Shown piece after piece: positions 1 through 12,402 of a stretch of DNA of 55,119 nucleotides. The stretch is from contig JAXLNO010000272.1 in the NCBI GenBank assembly GCA_038087875.1, positions 1-55,119 on the forward strand, written 5' to 3'. The first letter of the stretch is position 1, and every line of letters starts with the position of its first letter. A program made the position numbers and the translations under genes. Source of the stretch: Malacoraja senta. Its lineage: Eukaryota. The notes beneath the pieces are model-generated. The model was not told where the DNA came from. It worked only from the letters and a program-made list of their open reading frames with translations, and did not search any database.

Positions 1-95
1 TGGGACTAGGGGAGAATACGTGTTCGGCACGGACTAGAAGGGTCGAGATGGCCTGTTTCCGTGCTGTAATTGTTATATGGTTATATGGTTATATG

Positions 96-225
96 GTTAA
101 TTAGCTTTGGTGCAAAATTGCAAATGTTTGGATAGTTCATTATATGGAGATCGCTGGTCGGTGCAGATTCGGTGGGCCAAAAGGCCTGTTTCCGTGCTGT
201 ATCTCTAAAGTAAAGTAAAGTAAAA
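96..225 (+). mobile_element. 3' part of HE1-like V-SINE, preceded at 1-98 by a LINE/SINE tail with (TTATATGG)n
   Basis: Tail GGCCTGTTTCCGTGCTGTATCTC(TAAAG)n matches the other SINE copies in the window. Confidence 0.75.
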
Positions 226-564
226 GATCCAAGAGCTGTGCTTTGAGGAAGAAAGAGGTGATAGAGAAGCAGAGTGATTTAAGAAGGCAATTCCAGAGTC
301 TACGACACAATAATAATAACTACTAAGGATTGCAAGATTACATTTTAAAATAATGCAGAAGGAGGACACTTGGCCCATTGTGTAGGTGCTGGTCATAAAC
401 AAATGTTGTGCCAACTAATCCTGTCTAGCACCAAGTTTGTAGAACCTGCAGTTCACGACTCTTCAAGCACACAGCTAAATATTGTTTAAATGTGATGAGG
501 ATTTCTCCCTCTCTCACCCCTGCAGACTGTGAGTTTTAACCCCCGACCTTTCAACCTCAAACAT

Positions 565-2430
565 TAGAAACATTGAAACATAGAAACATAGAAAATAGGT
601 GCAGGAGTAGGCCATTCGGCCTTTCGAGCAAGCACCGCCATTCAATATGATCATGGCTAATCATTCAAAATCAGTACCACCCTGTTCCTGCTTTCTCCCC
701 ATATCCTTTGATTCCTTAGCCCTAAGAGCTATATCTAACTCTCTCTAGAAAACATCCAGTGAATTGGCCTCCACTGTCTTCTATGGCAGAGAATTCCACA
801 GATTCACAACTCTCTGGGTGAAAAAGTTTTTCCTCCTCAGCCCAAATAGGCCTACCCCTTATTCTAAAACTGTGACTCCTGGTTCTGGATTCCCCAACAT
901 GGGAAACATTTTTCCTGCATCTTGCCTGTCCAATCCCTTAAGAATGTTTTGTTTCTATAAGATCACCTCTCATCCTTCTAAATTCCAGTGAATACGAGCC
1001 CAGTCGCTCCATTCTTTCACAGAAACATAGAAACATAGAAAATAGGTGCAGGAGTAGGCCATTTAGCCCTTCGAGCCTGCACCGCCATTCAATATGATCA
1101 TGGCTGATCATCCAACTCAGTATCCTGTACCTGCCTTCTCCTCCATACCCCCTGATCCCTTTAGTCACAAGGGCCACATCTAACTCCCTCTTAAATATAG
1201 CCAATGAACTGGCCTCAACCACCCTCTGTGGCAGAGAATTCCACAGATTCACCACTCTCTGTGTGAATATTTTTTTTTCATCTCGGTCCTTAAAGACTTC
1301 CCCCTTATCCTTAAACTGTGACCCCTTGTTCTGGACTTCCCCAACATCGGGAACAATCTTCCTGCACCTAGCCTGTCCAACCCCTCAAGAATTTTGTAAG
1401 TTTCTATAAGATCCCCCCTCAATCTTCTAAATTCTAGCGAGTACAAGCCGAGTCTATCCAGTCTTTCTTCATATGAAAGTCCTGCCATCCCAGGAATCAG
1501 TCTGGTGAACCTTCTCTGTACTCCCTCTATGGCAAGAATGTCTTTCCTCAGATTAGGAGACCAAAACTGTACGCAATACTCCAGGTGTGGTCTCACCAAG
1601 GCCCTGTACAACTGCAGTAGAACCTCCCTGCTCCTATACTCAAATCCTTTTGCTATGAATGTTAACATACCATTCGCTTTCTTCACTGCCTGCTGCACCT
1701 GCATGCCTACTTTCAATGACTGGTGTACCATGACACCCAGGTCTCGTTGCATCTCCCCTTTTCCTAATCGGCCACCATTCAGATAATAGTCTACTTTCCT
1801 GTTCTTGCCACCAAAGTGGATAGCCTCACATTTATCCACATTATACTGCATCTGCCATGCTTTTGCCCACTCACCCAACCTATCCAAGTCGCCTTGTAGC
1901 CTCCTAGCATCCTCCTCACAGCTAACACTGCCCCCCAGCTTCGTGTCATCCGCAAACTTGGAGATGTTGCATTCAATTCCCTCGTCCAAATCATTAATAT
2001 ATATTGTAAATAGCTGGGGTCCCAGCACCGAGCCTTGCGGTACCCCACTAGTCACTGCCTGCCATTCTGAAAAGGACCCGTTTACTCCTACTCTTTCATC
2101 GTATGTCAGTCCCGCCATCCCGGGAATAAACCTGGTGAACCTATGCTGCACTCACTCAATAGCAAGCATGTCCTTCCTCAAATTAGGAGACCAAAACTTC
2201 ATACAAAACTCCAGATGTGGTGTCACCAGGGCCCTATACAACTGAAGTAAGGCCTCCTTGGTCATCTCTCTATGAAGGCCAACATGCCATTTGCTTTCTT
2301 CACTGCCTGTTGTACCTGCATGCTTACTTTCAGTGACTGATGGACAAGGACGCCCAGGTCTCGCTACACCTCCCCTTTCTTAATCTGACCATTTAGATAA
2401 TAATCTGCCTTCTTGTTCTTGATAACTTTC
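565..2430 (-). mobile_element. Nested CR1/HER1 LINE 3' fragments: one copy (~1021-2092) inserted into another
   Basis: RT motifs [33 protein letters not shown]; two (AGAAACAT)n tails at ~570 and ~1021; TCTTTCA at both junctions (1013-1019, 2092-2098). Confidence 0.9.
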
Positions 2431-2735
2431 ACATCTGACCTCCAACACTCGCCATCCCTCCAGTTGAAATGTTCTTACCTTACCTCTAACCTCCACTGAC
2501 CCTTCATCTAAAATGTTCTGGACTCACCTCTAACCCCCACCAACCCACCATCTGAAACATTCTCACCTCACCGCTAATCCTTCTACCAATTTCATTAAAT
2601 CCACGTGAAGGGAAATAGGTCCTCACTATTTACTTTCTCTAAGTCCTTCATCATTTTATTTGGCTCAATTAAATCCCATCACTTCACTTCAGTTCCAAAC
2701 AGAGTTAACTATCTCTTATAAAATCAACATTATTT

Positions 2736-2850
2736 GGTGTAGGAAGGAGCCTCAGTCTGAAGGAGGGTTTCCACCTGAAATGTCACCTATTCCTTTGCTC
2801 CAGAGATGCTGCCTGGCCCGCTGAGTTTTCTCCAACATTTTGTGTCTATC
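2736..2850 (+). mobile_element. Short Penelope-like terminal unit with degenerate hammerhead core
   Basis: CTGAAGGAGGG..CCTGAAATGTC then AGAGATGCTGCCTGGCCCGCTGAGTT; flanked by similar ACATTAT sequences. Confidence 0.6.
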
Positions 2851-3159
2851 GACATTATCTAATGTTCAGAGTTGGTAGTGTAAACATGAAAGGGTTAAAA
2901 GTACTGAAGGCAATTATGGGGAAGGATGGAGCAAGGTAATTACATTTTGATTTGATTTGGTTTGATTGGAGTACATGGCTAAGAATTTTTAAATTGTGCA
3001 ACTGCTTAATAGGTAGCCAATGTAGGTCGGCACGCCGTGCAGATGGAACATGGTCGCAGTTAGGACAGAGGCCAGCTTACATAGTGTGGGACTATGTAGG
3101 ATGTGGCAAGTCATGGGCATCAGATTTTCAATGGGTGAATCGAGGTCTCCAATTTTAGG

Positions 3160-3540
3160 TAACCTTTACTGAAGCCCCTCCCCTCCCTCCATCCCTCCCC
3201 ATCCTCCCCTCCCCATCCTCCCCTCCCCAGTGCCTCTCCTAGACACGCACCTATGTCTCCAGCTACTCCTCCTCCCACATTCCTTTCTCTGGTTTCACAA
3301 TTTGCATCTCATCAATCAGTCTATGCTTGAATCTCCAGCCTTTCTTCCAACCATTTGCCTATCAGAACCCCCCTCGCCAGTGTCGATCTATTAGCTGCCT
3401 CGCTTTGTCCTGCCTCTCCTCTCTCCGAGTATTCTTTCCCCCCACCCTCCTCCAGCGAACAACCGGTCTGAAAAAGGGCCCCGACCCAAAATGTCACCTA
3501 TCCATGTTCTGCAGAGAGATGCTGCCTGACCCACTGAGTT
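3160..3540 (+). mobile_element. Longer Penelope-like 3' fragment (pyrimidine-rich region plus hammerhead unit)
   Basis: C/T-rich tract, then GGTCTGAAAAAGGGCCCCGACCCAAAATGTCACC. Confidence 0.55.
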
Positions 3541-3542
3541 TC

Positions 3543-3822
3543 GTTTAGTTTACAGATACAGCACAGAAACAGGTTTTTGGCCCATCGAGTCCATCCTGAC
3601 CAGCAATCCCTGCACACTTACACTACCCTACATGCACCAGGGACAATTTACAATTACACCAAGCCAAAGTAACCTACAAACCTGCACGTCTTTGGAGTGT
3701 GGGAAGAAACCGTGGAACCCGGAGAAAACCCACGTGGTCATGGGGAGAACGTACAAACTCTGTACAGACAGCAACCGTAGTCGGGGTCTAACCCGGGTCT
3801 CTGGCGCTGTAAGGCAGCAACC
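3543..3822 (-). mobile_element. HE1-like V-SINE
   Basis: Reverse complement of the tRNA-like head, conserved core and (CTAAA)n tail seen in other copies. Confidence 0.85.
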
Positions 3823-3845
3823 ACCACGGTTCTTCTTGTAGATTA

Positions 3846-4360
3846 CTTTAGTTTAGAGATACAGCGTGGAAACAGGCCCTTCGGCCCACCAAGTCCGCGC
3901 CAACCAACGATCGCCCTGTACTCTAACCTGCACACACTAGGGACACTTTTACAACTCACCCATGATGGTAAGATCGATGATGAGGGTCCAGACTAAGAAT
4001 GATCCAACCTACAAGACCTCAACGGCGGACCAGGCAGACAAAGTTATCTTGAACTCAACGGCTGTGATGGTGGATGAAGGCTGCAACAGATTTATCAGCT
4101 CCAATCGCCTTGGTTCCCTTGCCATCGGAATGAGTTGATTGATTTGTGAAGGGCCGTGTGCTTCTTGGAGCGCAACATCAAGTACACGTTAAACAAACAC
4201 ACGCACAGGCATCTTCGTTCTGCGAGCAACGGAACGTAGACCATCATCCTCGACCTCGAGGGATAACCACGACAAACTCCGTACAGACAGCACCCATAGT
4301 CAGGATTGAACCTGGTTCTCTGGCGCTGTAAGGCATCAACTTTACTGCTACGCCACTGAG
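3846..4360 (-). mobile_element. HE1-like V-SINE interrupted by an insert at ~3954-4273
   Basis: Tail at 3846-3953, head at 4272-4360, middle missing. Confidence 0.8.
3954..4273 (+). mobile_element. Putative non-autonomous RTE-derived element (5' UTR-like part plus 3' tail-like part)
   Basis: TCACCCATG..GGTCCAGACTAAGA resembles RTE/Rex3 5' UTRs; CCATCATCCTCGACCTCGAGGGA resembles an RTE 3' end; recognition only. Confidence 0.45.
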
Positions 4361-4956
4361 CTAAATGCCAGATCCACACACTCTGAAGACATTGGGCCAT
4401 GTGTTAAGCATCGCTAACAGCTTCATTTGTAGCGTTAATTGGATTACTACCACTGTGTCGCTTGGCTTATTGAAACCATCTGCTATGTGGAGCATTCAAT
4501 TTCCTTAAAAGATTCCTGGTTGTTGAAAATAAATTAATAGCTTTGCCGTGGAGCAAAGAGGCCTCATCAGCTGCAGTTAATAACCCCAATATTTAACTCA
4601 TTGTTAAAGCATAATCACTCTCTCTTCCAGCTTCCTTCAACTTTCTTGCTTGCTTTCCACTCCCACGTTTTCTCTCCTCTTTTGAAGCTGCCGTCAACTG
4701 CTTGGCTCAGATCTTGTTATCTCCTGTTTGGAGCGGGGCTGATTTGCGTTGTAAGCAAGGTAAAGGGTTTACGCATTGGAAGGTCGAGTGAAGAGGTTGT
4801 ATCCCAGGTGGTTCTGCATCACCTTCGGGGGCCATGTCTGGGAGAGGACGGGATGGGTACACATTGCCCAAATGCTGCATAAATGTACTCATCCTTTCCT
4901 TGAAGGTGACCCTGCCTCCCTTGACCTGATTGCTTTCCCCAGGGCCCAGCAGGTCA

Positions 4957-5226
4957 TGTGTAGGAAGGAACTGCAGAATCTGGTTTACACCGAAGATAGA
5001 AGATAGAAGATAGAGTAACTCAGCGGGTCAGGCTGCTACTCTGGAGAAAAGGAATAAGCGATGTTTCGGGTCGAGACCCTTCTTCAATCTGAGAGTCAGG
5101 GAAGAGGGAAACCAGAGGTACCTGACTCTAAGTCTAAAGAAGGGTCTCGACCTGAAACTTTAGCTATTCCTTTTCTCCAGAGATGCTGCCTGACCCGCTG
5201 AGTTACTCCAGCATTTTGTGTCTATC
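4957..5226. mobile_element. Inverted pair of Penelope-like terminal units
   Basis: Minus copy 4957-5090 and plus copy 5125-5226 are mutual reverse complements, each with a degenerate GAAGAAGGGTCTCGACCCGAAAC core. Confidence 0.7.
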
Positions 5227-6342
5227 CCAGCATATCATCCTCCAACATGCCAACATCGGCCAACATGTCCCATCTGCACTAGTCCCACCTGTCTGCATTT
5301 AGCCCATATCCTTCTAAACCTGTCATATCCAGGTTATCATGTTATCATGCAAATGTTACAAGGTTTCTGAAAGTCGTTCCATAAGCTGTGGTACTGTCTG
5401 ATTCACCTCTATCCCATTATGGACACTTGACCTTGTCTATTGAACTGGCACGCTATAATGATGGAAACTATATTCTGCACCCTGTATTTTCCCTTTACGT
5501 TATCTATTCTACTTGTGTTTGCCATGATTGTATTTATGTGCAGCATTGTCTGATTTGATTAGATAGCATGCAAAACAAAGCATTTCACTGCACCTTGGTA
5601 CGTGAGAATGATAAACCTAATTCTAAACCTAAACGCACAACCTCAACCAAGCTTGTGTGGTTCTCTTTGCACAAAATGACTTCAATGCTGTTTTCATGTT
5701 CAGAAGAGCTCAATCTGAAATTCCATTCCTCTCTTCACTGCTCCTCTTTCTCATGTTGTCACGGACATGAAACCAACGCTATCTACTGCCATCAACTTGA
5801 TTCACACCGTGACTTAATAGAACAGCCTCTCTTCTGTTTTCTTGCCTTTGTCTCAATCATCAGCCTTTCAAACTCCCTGCCCCCCTGACACTATTTCCTG
5901 ACGTTTCAATTTTTATATTTTCATTTGATCTCGTTGTTGTTCTGTTCTGTTCCTGCATCTCCGATCCTTCACTTGTATTTCTTTAAACAGTTGAAAGGCA
6001 ATTTCTTCACTTCATTCTCTCACGCTTACACTTTCACACGGTGACTGAGGTCAGATATGTGCATTTTTTGGCTGTTCGATTAAAATACTCTTTTCTTAAA
6101 CGTAACCACTTTATTGGGATTCAAGGAATGAATGACTGCTTTATTGTCGCATGTACCTACATACAGTGCAATGCTTTGTCTTACGTCCAACCTAGTAAAG
6201 ACACACTGTAGACCTCACCCAGGCAGTACACAACAGTCAGTATGTTCTGGTGTCAACGGTTACAAAAGGTTTGTAGAACATTTATATCTTCTGGTCGCAG
6301 CGGCGAACCAAGCCTGCCGTTGCACGTGGCAGCAGGCGGCCA

Positions 6343-6482
6343 CCCCCCCTACCCCCCCACCCCCCCCACCCCCCCCCCACCCCCCCCCACCCCCCCCCAC
6401 CCCCCCCCCACCCCCCCCCACCCCCCCCCACCCCCCCCCCACCCCCCCCCACCCCCCCCACCCCCCCCACCCCCCCCCCCCC
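6343..6482. repeat. (C8-10 A)n low-complexity tract, G-rich on the minus strand
   Basis: Read directly from the sequence. Confidence 0.95.
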
Positions 6483-6960
6483 GCCTGGTCTGTCCTAGAT
6501 CTCAGCAGCCCCTCCACCGGGTCCCCTCATCGTTCTGGCTAGCCCTTCTTTGGTCCCGGCTGGTCCTTGGCCATATCTAATTACCTTGGAGGAGCTGGTG
6601 GTAAGGTCTCCTTCTTTGATCACTGCAGTCCTTTGGAGATGGTACTCCCATGTTGTAGTTGGGGGACTCAAGACACAAAAAGAATGAGAACTAGATAAGC
6701 CATCAGACCCCTCATGCCCAGTCCTGCATTCAATATGATCATGGCTGATCTTCACTGGCCTCAAGTCCTTGTCTGTGCCAGTTCCCCATAACCCTCATTT
6801 CTCCAATCTATCTAATGATACCCTTGGCAGTGAATTCAATACCCTCTTCAAGAGGAATTTTCTTTGCACCTGACTTTTAAATGGCTAGACCCTTCTCATG
6901 TAACTATACCCCCCATGTTCATAACTCTCCCATGAGTGAAAACACCTCAACACCTACCCC

Positions 6961-7300
6961 AGATAGACACAAAAAGCTGGAGCAACTAAGCAGGTCAGGC
7001 ATCATCTCTGGAGAAAAGGAATAGGTGATGTTTCGGGTCGGAACTTTTCTTCAATCCCTGTCAGAGAGAAGAGGAGAACCTCTTCAAAGTAGGCATCCCT
7101 TGAGGAGCTTTTGCCATGGAGCAGACAAAATATGTAGGAAGGTTCACGAGACACAAAAATGTTGAAATAACTCAATGGGTCAGGCAGCATCGCTGGAGAA
7201 GAAGAATATTTCTTTTCTCCAGAGATGTTGCCTGACCCGCTGAAGAGCTACAGGATTATGTGTCTATCTTCAGTATAAACCAGCATTTGCAGTTCCTTCC
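6961..7300. mobile_element. Cluster of Penelope-like terminal units in both orientations
   Basis: Two minus pieces (GACACAAAA..GGAG..CTC..GGTCAGGCA) and one plus piece ending AAACCAGCATTTGCAGTTCCTTCC. Confidence 0.6.
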
Positions 7301-8089
7301 CTCAACATCCACCCTGTTAATCCCTCTAAGGAATTTTGGCGGAAGAAGTTCCAGGAAGAAGGAATGGTGAATATTTCCATGTCGGATGGCACGCCACTTT
7401 GAGGGGAACATGTATGTGGTGGTGTTTCTATATAGTTGCTACTCTGCTCATTCTTGGTGGTGGAGTTTGGAGGTTTGGCAGGTGGTGTTAGAGTAGCCCA
7501 GGTGAGTGGACTAATGGTATACAGCGCAGCCACAACATGTCAGTAATAGATGCAATGAACGCTACTGAAAGTGGATCAACTGGTGGCTTCGCCCAGGGCC
7601 CTGTCGAGTTTCTTGAGCTCATTAGTGCTACAATCATCCAGGCAAGTAGAGGCTATTCCATCACCGTCCTAAAGTTAAATGTTATTAGAGACAGTATCAC
7701 AATTAATTATGTGGTAATTGCTGTTCCTATCTGATTAACACTTCTTGCCTTATTCTGATTAATTTTGGAAACAGTGTATCAATGATGATAATTTGCACTT
7801 CAACACCTCAAGAACTAACGATGGAAAATTCGTTTTTGCAATGTTTAGTTAGAATAAAACTAAAACCCCAAGAAGGTTCTCGACCCAAAACGTCACCCAT
7901 TCCATCTCTCCAGAGATGCTGCCTGTTCCGCTGAGTTACTCCAGAATTTTCTTCAACACTATATTCCCGTTCAAAACATTTCAGAAAGGAAAGAATTTGC
8001 AGAGTTACGATGTGAGGATGTAGGAATTTTAGCAGCAGTAGTACTCGGGGTAGGGCTGGAATGGACTTGGTGAGCTGAATGACCTCTTT

Positions 8090-8545
8090 CATTTGAACTG
8101 CAGCTCGGCATTTAAGACCATCATCCCCTCCAAACTTCTTCTCAAGGTCAGGGAACTGGGTCTCCATGCTTCCCGATGCAACTGGATCCTTGACTTCATC
8201 ATCAACGGACCACAACCTGTACAAATTGGATACAACACCTCCTCAACGATAACCATCAGCACAGGAGCACCTCAGAGCTGTGTGCTGGTCCCTTGCTCTA
8301 TACCCGTGACTGTGAAGCCAGGCCCAATTCCAACACCATCTTTAAATTCACCAACAACATCACTGTTGTTGAATGAATGACGAGTCGGGTAACGGACAGT
8401 CGGAGAGTAAGAGGGAGATTAAATGGTGCCAGAACAACAACCTTGCTCTCAATACCAGCAAGACAAAGGAGCTGATCATTAACTTTAGAAGAGGGAAGCC
8501 AAGGATCTACAAACCCGTTTTCATAGATGGGTCGGCAATGGAGAA
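8090..8545 (+). mobile_element. Rex1/Babar LINE RT fragment
   Basis: SSAFKTIIPSKLL..CNWILDF..STGAPQSCVL and WCQNNNLALNTSKTKELIINFRR. Confidence 0.8.
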
Positions 8546-8586
8546 TCAACAACTAAATAGCGGGGGAGGGGGGGGGGGGGGAGAGA

Positions 8587-10768
8587 TTGACAAATTGGGA
8601 ATATAAAGAAGGAGTTAAAGGGGAAGTGAGTACAGGAAAAGTTACAAACGACTCCCAAATTAATGGGAAGGAAAGTTCGAGAAGGGATAAGAGAGTAAGG
8701 ACAGGCGCAATAGTGACCGGTGTGAGAGGGGAGGTGAATACCGAAGTTAAAGTGTTGTATATGAAAGTGTGAAGTATAAGAAATAAAGTGGATGAGCTTG
8801 AGGCTCAGTTAGAGATTGGCAAGTTTGATGGGAATTACAGAGACATGGCTGCAAGAGGATCTGACCTGGGAACTGAATATTCAGGGTTATACTTCCTATG
8901 GAAAAACAGACAGGTGGACAGAGGGGGGTGGGGTAGCTGTGTTGGTAAAGAATGAAATTCAGTCCCTTGTGAGGGGTGACATAGAATCAGGAGATGTTGA
9001 GTCAATATAGATAGAACTGAGGAATTGTAAGGGTAAAAAGACCCTAATGGGAGATACTGTATCTACAGGCCCCCAAACAGTAGCCTGGATATAGGGTGCG
9101 TTGAATCAAGAGTTAAAATTGGCATGCAGCAAAGGTAATGCTACGGTGGTTATGGGAGTAAGAGGCAACCGTGGCTGACAAGGGAAGTCAAGATCAGTAT
9201 AAAAATAAAAGAGAAGAAGTATAACGTAGCAAAGATGAGTGGGAAGCCAGAGGATTGGGTAACTTTTAAAGAGCAACAGAAGATAACTAAAAGGGCAACA
9301 CGGGGAGAAAAGATGAAATACAAAGGTACCGTAAGCTAGCCAAGAATATAAAGGAGGATAGTAAAAGCTTCTTCAGGTATGTGAAAAGGAAAAAAATAGT
9401 TAAGACAAATGTGGATCCCTTGAGGATAGAAACTGGTGAATTTATTATGGGGAACAAGGAAATGGCAGACGAGTTGAACAGGTACTTTGGATTTGTCTTC
9501 ATTAAGGAAGACACAAACAATCTTGCAGATGTACTAGTGGCCAGAGGACCTAGGGTGACGGAGGATCTGAGGGAAATTCACATTAGGCAGGAAATGGTGT
9601 TGGGTAGACTGATGGGACCGAAGGCAGATAAATACCCAGGGCCTGATGGTCTGCATCCCAAGGTACTTAAGGAGGTGGCTCTAGAAATTGTGGACGCATT
9701 GGTGATCATTTTCCAATGTTCTATAGATTCAGGATCAGTTCCTGTGGATTGGAGGGTAGCTAATTTTATCCCACTTTTTAAGAAAGGAGGGAGAGAGAAA
9801 ACAGGGAATAATAGACCAGTTAGCCTGACATCGGTGGTGGGGAAGATGCTGGAGTCAATTATAAAAGATGAAATAGTGGCACATTTGGATAGCAGTAACA
9901 GGATGGATTTCAGCATGGATTTACGAAGGGAAAATCATGCTTGGCTAATCCACTGGAATTTTTTGAGGATATAACTAGAAAAATGGACAATGGAGAGCCA
10001 GTGGGTGTAGTGTTCCTGGACTTTCAGAAAGCCTTTGATATGGTCCCACATAGGAGGTTAGTGGCCAAACTTTGAGCACATGGTATTGGGGGTTAGGGTA
10101 TTGACGGATAGAAAATTGGTTGGCAGACAGGAAACAAAGAGTAGGTATTAACGGGTCCCTTTCAGAATGGCAGGCTCGGTGCTGGGACCACAGCTATTTA
10201 CAATATACATTATTGATTTAGATGAAGGGATTAAAAGTAACATTAACAAATTTGCAGATGACACAAAGCTGGGTGGCAGTGTGAGAATGCTATGAGGATG
10301 CAGGGTGACTTGGACAGGTTGGGTGAGTGGGAAGATGCATGGCGGATGCAGTTTAATGTGAATAAATGTGAAGTTATCCACTTTGGTAGCAAGAACAGAA
10401 ACGCAGATTATTATCTGAATGGTGTCAGGTTAGGAAAAGGGGAAGTACAACGAGACCTGGGTGTCTTTGTACATCAGTCACTGAAAGTAAGCATGCAGGT
10501 ACAGCAGGCAGTGAAGAAAGCTAATGGCATGTTAGCCTTCATGACAAGAGGAGTTGAGTATAGGAGCAAAGAGGTCCTTCTGCAGTTGTACAGGGCCTTG
10601 GCGAGACCACACCTGGAGTATTGTGTGCAGTTTTGGTCTCCAAATTTGAGGAAGGACATTCTTGCTATTGAGGGAGTGCAGCGTAGGTTCACACGGTTAA
10701 TTCCCGGGATGGCGGGACTGTCATATGTTGAAAGAATGGAACAACTGGTCTTGTATACACTGAAATTC
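8587..10768 (+). mobile_element. CR1 LINE ORF2 remnant (endonuclease to RT) with internal deletions, stops and frameshifts
   Basis: [50 protein letters not shown]. Confidence 0.9.
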
Positions 10769-11075
10769 ACAACAAGCAAAAGGTATCGAAGTGTGAAAAC
10801 GCACACCTCCAGATTCAGCGACACATTCTTCCCAGCTGCTATTAGGCACCTGAACCATCCTACCTAGAGAACAATCCTGAGCTACTGTCTACCTTATTGG
10901 AGACCCTCGGACTATCTTTAATCGGACTTTACCTTGCACTAAACGTTGTTCCCTCTATCCTGTATCTGTACACTGTGGACGGCTCAATTGTAATCATGTA
11001 TTGTCTTTCCGCTGACTGATCAGCACGCAACAAAAGCTTTTCACTGTACACATGACAATAAACTAAACTAAACTA
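10769..11075 (+). mobile_element. Rex1/Babar LINE 3' end
   Basis: RYRSVKTHTSRFSDTFFPAAIRHLN-stop, 3' UTR, ACAATAAA(CTAAA)n tail. Confidence 0.75.
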
Positions 11076-11485
11076 ATAGCAAATTATTTTTCTCTTTTGT
11101 TTTAACCATTTTCTTTCTTTTTTTCTGTTTGTTTCGGCGACCCACAGGGCCTAGCTGTAATGTAATTCTCTCATTCCTGTTCTATGTACTTAATGGCAAC
11201 TTCCATATTTCTCTTAGATAAATTATAAATTCTATATTAGTTCTTCCTCTGTTTTCTCTGGATCCACATTAGCTGTGGATTTAGAGGAGAGTACAGTTTA
11301 TAATAAAGTCTACAGACTAATGTATATATTTTCCCTTGACTAACTTGTGGGCATTTTATTAAAAATTCTTCCATTAATATCAGAGAAACCATTACTGCTG
11401 TTTGGCAGCTCTGATACTGATTGCCATTTTAGTAGTGTTTTTGAGAGGGGTTAATAATTTAAACACTCACTCATTTTGTTCGAGT

Positions 11486-11782
11486 GGCACGGTGGCGCAG
11501 CAGTAGAGTAGATGTTTCACGCTGCCAGAGGCCCGGGTTCGATCCTGATTACGGGTGCTGTCTGTACGGAGTTTGCACGTCCTCCCTGTGACTGCGTGGC
11601 TTTTCACCGGGTACTCCGGTTTCCTCCCATATTTCAAAGACGTATAGATGTGTAGGTTTTGGTAACATTATAAATTGTTCCTAGCGTGTAGGAAAGTGCT
11701 AGTGATCAGCATGGTGACCACTGCTCGACGTGGACGCGGTGGGATGAAGGACCTGTTTCTGCGCTGTATCTCTGAAGTCTAA
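11486..11782 (+). mobile_element. HE1-like V-SINE, full length
   Basis: GGCACGGTGGCGCAGC head (A box), GGTTCGATCC B box, core, CTGTATCTC tail. Confidence 0.9.
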
Positions 11783-12085
11783 ATATATGACTCAAAGTTA
11801 CTCATAATCCTCAGTGTAAGTGAAGCTTTACAATGCTCCTTATAAACATAGGCCAAAGGCTCCACGCACCTTCATAACAGCAAAGGACAGAACTTGGTTA
11901 CGTTTTAGAAAATGGCTGAAGAAAGTGGCACAGCTAACCGAGCTGCTGCCTCACATTTCCCCCGACCTGGATTCAATCCTGGTTTTTGGGTGCTATCAGT
12001 GTGGAGTTTGCATGTTCTCATTTGAGTGCATGGTTTCTTCTCATGGTCGGTAGGTTAATTGGCCACTGTAAATTGCCCCTAATTG

Positions 12086-12402
12086 GTATAGGAAGGAACT
12101 GCAGATGCTGGTTTACACTCAAGACAGATGCAAAATGCAGGAGTAACTCAGCGGGACAGGCAGCATCTCTGGAGAGCAGGAATGGGTGACGTTTTGGGTT
12201 GAGACCCTTTGTATGCCTTGTTGCCACCTTCCCCTCGGATAACATATGAACCATTTTACATTTCCTTGACCAGGGTCTGCTTTGATATGTTATTTCCGCA
12301 CCTTATCCTTCCATATCTCTAGTCTCCCTATCCCCGACTCTCGCTGAAGAAGGGTCTCGACCCGAAACGTCACCCATTCCTTCTCTCCAGAGATGCTGCC
12401 AG
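12086..12402. mobile_element. Inverted pair of Penelope-like units following a partial SINE (11925-12082)
   Basis: Minus copy 12086-12209, plus copy to 12402. Confidence 0.7.
12344..12373 (+). ncRNA. Minimal type I hammerhead ribozyme core (best preserved copy)
   Basis: CTGAAGA-A-GGGTC-TC-GACCC-GAAAC-GTC: CUGAnGA box, 5-bp stem II, GAAA box, GUC triplet; stem I weak. Confidence 0.6.

Noticed and set aside
1249..2151. 300-aa RT ORF as an intact gene
   Set aside because: Chimera across the junction of two nested, truncated CR1 copies
6132..6580. Proline- or glycine-rich ORFs (formin or extensin-like)
   Set aside because: Translation of the C-rich simple repeat, open in several frames
11486..11560. 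tRNA genes
   Set aside because: tRNA-derived SINE heads joined to SINE core and tail; no complete cloverleaf
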